Positions 58,237 to 64,000 of a stretch of 64,000 nt of DNA are shown one piece after another. How positions within the stretch are numbered: the first letter of the stretch is position 1; each line of letters begins with the position of its first letter. Below the pieces are notes generated by a model. It was not told where the DNA came from, made no database searches, and saw only the letters and a list, made by a program, of their open reading frames with translations. This DNA comes from Spirochaetia bacterium. Lineage in GTDB: Bacteria; Spirochaetota; Spirochaetia; UBA9216. The DNA lies in contig CAXXYH010000004.1 of assembly GCA_963677925.2 (NCBI GenBank), forward strand, positions 2,080,001-2,144,000. Reading direction: 5' to 3'. A program made the position numbers and the translations under genes.

Positions 58237-59000
58237 TTATTCACTCCTGCTTTGTTGATTATATCCTGCATATTATATTGTCCTGGAGGACAGTCCGCCA
58301 GAAACCTTGCTGCGGCAATAGCTCCTGTTGCAAATACATTTCTTGAGTTTGCTGAATGCCCGATAGTGATTATTTCATCAGCTCCGGCAAAAAAAACATC
58401 GTGTTCTCCGACAATTGTTCCTCCACGGACTGCATGAATCCCCAGCTCATTGGTTTTTCGCTGGCAGTCCTTACCCGATCTGCCGTTTACATATTCAAGA
58501 CTGTTATCAAGTGCTTCATTGATAGAATCTGCAAGCATAAAGGCTGTACCGCTTGGGGCATCTTTTTTCATTTTATGATGTTTTTCCACTATCTCGATAT
58601 CAAATGCGTTTCCAAGTACAGTCGCAGCCGTTTTAACAAGCTGCTGAAGCAGATTGATGCCGAGCGACATGTTCGCAGATCTGAAAATTGCTACTGATTC
58701 AGATACTTTTTTAATCCATTTGAGATCATCATCGCTTAACCCTGTAGTTGCAATCACAGCCGGAATCTTTCGTACAGCAGCTTCATCGAGGTAGCCTGCA
58801 AGAGTTGCAGGGTTTGAAAAATCAATGATAACATCCGCTGATTCCTTGCATTCTTTAAGGGTTTGATAAACCGGAAAGGCTCCGTCACCTGCAACAAGAT
58901 CTATTCCGGCTGCCACTTCCATATCGGAACTTTCATTGATGAATGAGGTAAGAACTTTACCCATTCTTCCGCTGCTTCCTATCAGGATAACTTTAATCAT
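58233..59000 (-). CDS. dapB: 4-hydroxy-tetrahydrodipicolinate reductase
   Basis: GSSGRMG, IDFS, ATTG, SANMSLG, EKHHKMKKDAPSGTA. Confidence 0.96.
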   Translation of the reverse strand: MIKVILIGSSGRMGKVLTSFINESSDMEVAAGIDLVAGDGAFPVYQTLKECKESADVIIDFSNPATLAGYLDEAAVRKIPAVIATTGLSDDDLKWIKKVSESVAIFRSANMSLGINLLQQLVKTAATVLGNAFDIEIVEKHHKMKKDAPSGTAFMLADSINEALDNSLEYVNGRSGKDCQRKTNELGIHAVRGGTIVGEHDVFFAGADEIITIGHSANSRNVFATGAIAAARFLADCPPGQYNMQDIINKAGVNK

Positions 59001-59140
59001 AAGGCCTCCTCACATAAGCGGTATTGTGTTTGAACAAAAAGAAAGGAAAAGAATTTTTTTGACAGTAAATCCAATATTTATCTCCTCTAACCTTGCCCGG
59101 ATTCAAGAAGATACAGGATTTCCGTAACTCTGAAAAGTCA

Positions 59141-59317
59141 GGTGACTAGCTCCCCAGCGTACTTAAAGTAGCGCTGACAGTTTTGGAAGTATTAGCTTCC
59201 AAGCCCAGAAAACTGTTCTGCGGAAAACAGCCTCTTCGGCGGCATTACCTTTCGCTCAGCTTCTCGGGCGCCCGCGGCCTCAGCTGCCTACTAATTAACT
59301 GCCGCACCTCTATCACC
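59141..59317 (-). ncRNA. Lysine riboswitch (L-box)
   Basis: Minus strand reads GGTGA-TAGAGGTGCG..TAGTA..GAAAGG..CGCCGAA..CTGGG..ACTGTC..GGGGAGCTA-GTCACC. P1 pairs GGTGA/TCACC; upstream of dapBA; TTGACA-17-TATGTT promoter in front. Confidence 0.93.
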
Positions 59318-59419
59318 GGTGCAATCAATTTGTACTAAACATAACTATTGAAAAATGTATTGTCAAGACCCGGTGTTTTAATTCTCAGCCTCCGCAGTTT
59401 TTCTTTTTTTTGCAGCTGT

Positions 59420-60280
59420 TTAATTCAATTTCTGCATCAATGAATTGAAACCGCGTATATTCCGCTCTAATTCCGAATCATAACGGTTTGATAGTTCGAT
59501 TATTATTCCGGGAATCCCCCTGTTGTAGAGGTACCCGGAGGCTGTCCCTGTGAATGGAACTCCGGAAGGCTGGGTACTTCCGACGTATATTTTATAGCCT
59601 GAAGCTTTGGAATATGCTTCTGCCAGACGCTTTGCAGGTTCCCATGAATCAGGAAGTCCGCCGTACCATATATTGTTTGAAGCACTATGTATAAAAAGTA
59701 CCGCAGAAGGCTTAAGTTTATCCACTAAATCCCTGATCGCTGCACTCTCGGGCTCACTGAAGGGGGCGCTTCCGGCGCTGACTTCAGTTATCCCATGATA
59801 CGCAACCGGCTGCCATCCATTGTCGAAATTCCGGTTCAGATCAACTAAATTTGCATTAAGTCTGCCAGGCAGAAGCTTATCTCTCCCCAGACGAAGGGCT
59901 GATTCATCAAGCAGTGCAGGATCTGCTTCACCTGCTATCCGGTAAAGGCCATCCGGGTTAAGCACCGGTATTATATGCAGAATGATATTTGACGGTATTT
60001 CATCGGTGTTTCTACTGTAATGGTCAAGCATATCCCTGACAAGGATTACGGAGTTCCATTCATAGCCTCCGTGTATTCCGCCTATCAATATCAGGTTTGA
60101 TTTATTTTCATTTCTCATGTTTAGTAAAGACGGTCCGGTTCCCTGTATTGTATAAGAATAGATAGGCCTTTTTTCTACTGATCTTCCGATGATATCCTGC
60201 GCCGAAATATAACCGCCGTATGCAAGCAATAAAATTGCTGATACAGATAATATTCTTTTAATGTTAATGGTCTTTATCAT
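59420..60280 (-). CDS. Exported M14 zinc carboxypeptidase (MpaA-like)
   Basis: IGRSVE.RPI, GIHGGYE, NPDG, NANLVDLNRNF, SEPE, IHS, IEL. Confidence 0.85.
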   Translation of the reverse strand: MIKTINIKRILSVSAILLLAYGGYISAQDIIGRSVEKRPIYSYTIQGTGPSLLNMRNENKSNLILIGGIHGGYEWNSVILVRDMLDHYSRNTDEIPSNIILHIIPVLNPDGLYRIAGEADPALLDESALRLGRDKLLPGRLNANLVDLNRNFDNGWQPVAYHGITEVSAGSAPFSEPESAAIRDLVDKLKPSAVLFIHSASNNIWYGGLPDSWEPAKRLAEAYSKASGYKIYVGSTQPSGVPFTGTASGYLYNRGIPGIIIELSNRYDSELERNIRGFNSLMQKLN

Positions 60281-60384
60281 AAATATAAAATTATTATGTT
60301 TACTGATAAAGTCAAGTAATAGGGAGCAGAGATATCTTTAAATATTCAGCTTGATTTATTCAGAATTTTTATGCCGGAAGGTAT

Positions 60385-60424
60385 AAAAAAAGCCGACCGT
60401 GAAAACATTACGGTCAGCTTTTTT
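60385..60424 (-). terminator. Terminator of pta
   Basis: A7-GCCGACCGT..ACGGTCAGC-T6. Confidence 0.8.
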
Positions 60425-60458
60425 CAGAAAGATGGAAAAAATCCACCCTCTTTATTTA

Positions 60459-61451
60459 TCAGGACTGTGCCATGGTAACTGCAGATGTAGTAACGATATC
60501 CTCAACACTGCAGCCTCTTGAAAGGTCACTGACAGGTTTAGCAAATCCCTGAAGGAAGGGACCGTATGCTTCAGCACCTGCAAGTCTCTGTACTAGCTTG
60601 TAGCCGATGTTTCCTGACTGAAGATCAGGGAAAACAAGTACATTTGCCTTGCCCGCTACTTTTGAACCGGGAGCCTTGCTGCTTCCGACAGAAGGTACGA
60701 TTGCCGCATCAAGCTGCATTTCACCGTCTATGTTAAGGTCAGGACGTTTTTCCTGAGCCAGTTTTGTTGCTTCAACAACCTTGTCAACGTTCTCGTGTGA
60801 TGCAGAGCCCTTTGTTGAGAATGAAAGCATTGCTGTGCAGGGTTCGGCATCCAGAAACTTTTTACACGATTCTGATGCTGCAATAGCAATTTCTGCAAGC
60901 TGTTCAGCAGTAGGGTTGGGGATTGTAGCACAGTCGCTGAAAATCATGTTGCCGTTTGCGCCGTATTCAGAATCTTTCATATACATTACAAAGCAGCTTG
61001 ATGCTGATTTAACACCGGGGGCAGTTTTTACAATTGTAAAAGCTGCACGAAGCACATTGCCTGTTGAGTTTTCTGCACCTGCAACCATTGCATCAACATC
61101 GCCTTTTCTAACCATCATCGCTCCCCATTTAAGCGGATCAATCATGGCTTCTCTGGCCTGTTCTTCTGTAATACCCTTGCTTTTTCTCAGTTCATAATAT
61201 TCAGCGGCATATTCATCCATTTTGTCTGAAACTGCCGGATCAATAATTTCAATTCCATTAACATTAACGCCTGCGTTGGCCGCGGCGCTTTCAACATCTG
61301 CCTTAACACCTACAAGAACAACTTTTGATGCCAGTCCCTCGTCAACAAGGATTCTTGCTGCCTTGAGAGTCCGTGACTCGGTACCTTCAGGGAGCACAAG
61401 TTTCTTCTGTAGTTTTTTGGCCTTTTCTTTCATGAGTTCTGCGAAAGCCAT
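60459..61451 (-). CDS. pta: Phosphate acetyltransferase
   Basis: LPEG, SSCF, FSDCA, SFSTKGS, DGEMQLDAA, GNIGYK, DLSRGC; start at ATG 61451 after AAGGAG. Confidence 0.95.
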   Translation of the reverse strand: MAFAELMKEKAKKLQKKLVLPEGTESRTLKAARILVDEGLASKVVLVGVKADVESAAANAGVNVNGIEIIDPAVSDKMDEYAAEYYELRKSKGITEEQAREAMIDPLKWGAMMVRKGDVDAMVAGAENSTGNVLRAAFTIVKTAPGVKSASSCFVMYMKDSEYGANGNMIFSDCATIPNPTAEQLAEIAIAASESCKKFLDAEPCTAMLSFSTKGSASHENVDKVVEATKLAQEKRPDLNIDGEMQLDAAIVPSVGSSKAPGSKVAGKANVLVFPDLQSGNIGYKLVQRLAGAEAYGPFLQGFAKPVSDLSRGCSVEDIVTTSAVTMAQS

Positions 61452-61556
61452 ATCTGAATCTCCTTGGATCAATAATCTTTTACTAAATAATAGTACAATA
61501 TCAATTCTTTGCACAGACTCATTGAGAAAATATAGCAAAGTGATTATTATTGCCGC

Positions 61557-62273
61557 ATGAAGATAGCAGTGTACGGTATGGGCAGATTCGGAGCTTTCTG
61601 GGCGTCTCGACTTGCTGAACATGCCGATGTAAGCGGTTTTACCAGAAATCAGGAACGGGTTTTTCCTGCAGGTGTAAAAAGGATAAGTGAAAGTGAGCTG
61701 TCCGGTTTTGATGCCGTATTTTTATGCTGTGCAATCAGCGCGGTTGAAGAAGTTCTTGAAAGAATAAAACCATATATAAAGCCCGGAACCATTGTTTTGG
61801 ACACCTGTTCTGTAAAAGTCGAACCGGCTACTCAGATGCAGAGAATCCTTCCCGAAGATGTGGAAGTCATTGCGACTCATCCGATGTTCGGTCCCGATTC
61901 CGGCCGGAACGGAGTTCAGGGGCTTCCCATAGTATACTCTCCTGTCAGGGCCTCAAATGAGACAGCCTCAAAGTGGTATGATTTTCTAAAGAGTATGGGA
62001 CTTCATGTAATAGAGATGACTCCTGACGAGCATGATCAGGAGGCCGCCTTTACGCAGGGCGTAACCCACTTTATCGGCCGTGTTCTTGACCAGCTCAAAC
62101 TGCAGAAGAGTCCCATTGCTACGGTTGGGTATATGAAACTTCAGGAAATAGTTGAACAGACCTGTAATGACCCCATGCAGCTTTTTCTTGACCTGCAGCG
62201 CCATAATCCTCATACAAAGGAAATGCGTGCCAGACTTAAAAAAGCCCTGGATGATACCCTCAGCCTGTTCTGA
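61557..62273 (+). CDS. tyrA: TyrA-family prephenate/arogenate dehydrogenase
   Basis: GMGRFG, DTCSVK, THPMFGPDS, EHD..AA.TQG.TH. Confidence 0.9.
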   Translation: MKIAVYGMGRFGAFWASRLAEHADVSGFTRNQERVFPAGVKRISESELSGFDAVFLCCAISAVEEVLERIKPYIKPGTIVLDTCSVKVEPATQMQRILPEDVEVIATHPMFGPDSGRNGVQGLPIVYSPVRASNETASKWYDFLKSMGLHVIEMTPDEHDQEAAFTQGVTHFIGRVLDQLKLQKSPIATVGYMKLQEIVEQTCNDPMQLFLDLQRHNPHTKEMRARLKKALDDTLSLF

Positions 62274-62306
62274 TGTTTTCTTAAATATCCGATATATAAG
62301 CAGCCG

Positions 62307-62370
62307 TGAAGAAATAACTCAAAGAGCTATTTCTTCAGAGAACGTTAAGTTCAGAGAACTTAACGTTCTC
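62307..62370. repeat. Two abutting long inverted repeats
   Basis: TGAAGAAATAaCTC-aaa-GAGcTATTTCTTCA (62307-62337) followed directly by GAGAACGTTAAGTTC-aga-GAACTTAACGTTCTC (62338-62370). Confidence 0.88.
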
Positions 62371-62410
62371 CCTTGACAAGAACCTAAACTGACAGATACG
62401 ATGGTGGGAT

Positions 62411-62836
62411 ATGAGTGATATTCAGATACAAAATATTGATGAAGCAGAAATTGATACAATCCTTGAAGATGATATCGAATTCACCGGAGACCTCGGTTTT
62501 GATAAATCCCTGCTTATAAAGGGGAAACTCAAAGGCAATGTAAAAGCTACTGGAGATCTGTATGTTGCCGAAAGTGCGGTTGTAGACGCTCGGGTTGAAG
62601 CACATGTTGTTTCGGTAAAAGGCCGTGTAAACGGCAATATATATGCCTATGAAAGAGTAGAACTGTTTTCATGCGGAAGAATTGACGGTGATATAACGGC
62701 ACCTGATATAATTATGGAAAGCGGCTGTACCTTCAACGGAATATGCACAATGCGTTCACCGCGCGATGTTCTTAAATCCGGTAAGAAAGATGATCCAATT
62801 AATGAAGTTCAGGAGATCGTAATAAATGAAGAATAA
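62411..62836 (+). CDS. Bactofilin (polymer-forming cytoskeletal protein)
   Basis: TIL..DI.FTGDL..I.G...G.V beta-helix repeats ending GC.FNGIC.M. Confidence 0.92.
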   Translation: MSDIQIQNIDEAEIDTILEDDIEFTGDLGFDKSLLIKGKLKGNVKATGDLYVAESAVVDARVEAHVVSVKGRVNGNIYAYERVELFSCGRIDGDITAPDIIMESGCTFNGICTMRSPRDVLKSGKKDDPINEVQEIVINEE

Positions 62837-63461
62837 AAAGTTATTTTCACTTTTATTAATACTTATGCTTGCTTCAACAGCATTTTTATCAGCACAGGAC
62901 AATAGGGCGGATGCACTTCTTGAGTACCGAAATGGTAATTTCGACAGGGCTATTTCAATTTGCCTTGAAGAAATAAGACAGATGCCCAGAAATATGGATT
63001 CTTATGTTGTTTTGGGGTGGAGTTACCTTAAAAAAGGTGATAATGCCGGGGCATTAAAATCGGCTCAGGACGCACTGAAGATTTCAAGGCATGATATCAG
63101 GGTTATTGAGATTGCCGGCGAAGCTGATTACTATCTTGGCAACAACCTTGACGCATTAAAATATTTTGAAGAATACACAGTTCTGGCCCCGACCGGAGAT
63201 CGTATAGAACTGGTCTATTTTTTTATGGGTGAGATATTTATCAGACTCGGAGAATACAACAGGGCCGATATAGCTTTTACTACCGCTGTTTATCATTCCC
63301 CGAATACCGCAAGATGGTGGTCAAGACTCGGTTATGCACGTGAGATGGCTGAGGACTGGCAATATTCTCTTGAAGCCTATGACAAGGCTCTTCAGCTTAA
63401 TTCAGCCTATACAGAGGCTGTGCGCGGCAGAGAACGTGTCAGCAAAAAACTGGGGACATGA
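62826..63461 (+). CDS. Exported TPR protein
   Basis: Signal peptide; about five TPR motifs. Confidence 0.85.
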   Translation: MKNKKLFSLLLILMLASTAFLSAQDNRADALLEYRNGNFDRAISICLEEIRQMPRNMDSYVVLGWSYLKKGDNAGALKSAQDALKISRHDIRVIEIAGEADYYLGNNLDALKYFEEYTVLAPTGDRIELVYFFMGEIFIRLGEYNRADIAFTTAVYHSPNTARWWSRLGYAREMAEDWQYSLEAYDKALQLNSAYTEAVRGRERVSKKLGT

Positions 63462-64000
63462 TGAGGGCTGCTTTTTATACTCTAGGCTGTAAGCTTAATC
63501 AGTGTGAGAGCGAAGCCCTGGCTACGTCGTTTGACAGCCAGGGCTTTTTAATTGGCTCATACCGTGATTCCAGCGATATTTATGTAGTAAACACATGTAC
63601 GGTTACCTCAAAGGCGGAGCAGAAAGCCAGGCGGATGATAAGAAAGCTTGCTTCCGAGCATCCCTTTTCTGTTGTTCTTGTTACAGGGTGTTATGCTCAG
63701 CTTAATGCCGAAGATCTGAAACTTGCACCCAATGTTGTTGTCGTACCGCATGATCAGAAGGTTCGCATCAATGAACTTCCAGGACATCTGAATGACTCCG
63801 GAACAGGTGAAGGAAGCAAAGAAATGATTACTCAGGTACAATCATTTTTTGGACTGGTGGCTGAACAGGCAATGAGGCAGGAATCTGAAGATACACCGCA
63901 GCGGTTTTGGTATGATTCTGTTAACTTTAATTTTCACACCAGGGCATACCTGAAGATTCAGGACGGCTGCGATAACAGCTGCGCTTACTGCAGAGTTCCG
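63458..64000 (+). CDS. mtaB: tRNA t6A37 methylthiotransferase MtaB (partial, runs off the window)
   Basis: Translated by hand: FYTLGCKLNQCES, VNTCTVT, VTGCYAQ, RAYLKIQDGCDNSCAYC (radical SAM CxxxCxxC). Confidence 0.92.
   Translation, partial: MMRAAFYTLGCKLNQCESEALATSFDSQGFLIGSYRDSSDIYVVNTCTVTSKAEQKARRMIRKLASEHPFSVVLVTGCYAQLNAEDLKLAPNVVVVPHDQKVRINELPGHLNDSGTGEGSKEMITQVQSFFGLVAEQAMRQESEDTPQRFWYDSVNFNFHTRAYLKIQDGCDNSCAYCRVP

Noticed and set aside
59420-60280. M14 peptidase as part of the lysine/DAP regulon
   Set aside because: It lies upstream of the riboswitch promoter and has its own promoter; adjacency alone is not evidence.
61452-61622. N-terminal extension of pta in the ORF track
   Set aside because: Overlaps tyrA; the SD and family N-terminus fit ATG 61451.
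1-64000. CRISPR arrays, tRNA/rRNA genes, IS elements
   Set aside because: No regularly spaced repeats, cloverleafs or transposase ORFs were seen; intergenic gaps are short and mostly explained by promoters and terminators.

Overview
A 64-kb stretch of chromosomal backbone, most likely from a free-living Spirochaetales bacterium. That call is an inference from a UPF0164/FadL-like gene beside large TPR and HAMP-SpoIIE proteins, the comEC-rsmA-CPBP-RluA neighbourhood, and several lipoproteins. It holds about 55 CDS, including typA, a vor-type 2-oxoacid:ferredoxin oxidoreductase operon, iscS-thiI, aroB-nudC-hrpA, a DnaE2-type polymerase, fadD, dsbD, comEC-rsmA, dapBA under a lysine riboswitch, pta, tyrA and mtaB. 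I saw no tRNA, rRNA, CRISPR array or IS element. Best leads: (1) a four-gene envelope module at 3.0-6.6 kb: short PspA/ESCRT-III-like protein, SPFH-GYF-polyproline protein, tandem TerB protein and a membrane protein with two RanBP2/NZF-type zinc fingers. (2) A divergent sigma70-like gene at 26.4 kb directly behind a sigma54 -24/-12 motif. (3) A stand-alone dnaE2 with a palindromic SOS-box-like operator. (4) A 1537-aa transmembrane PP2C sensor system. (5) An AraC regulator facing a histidine-less LytS-type pseudokinase fragment. (6) Many apparently leaderless promoters. All family assignments come from reading motifs by eye; no searches were run.
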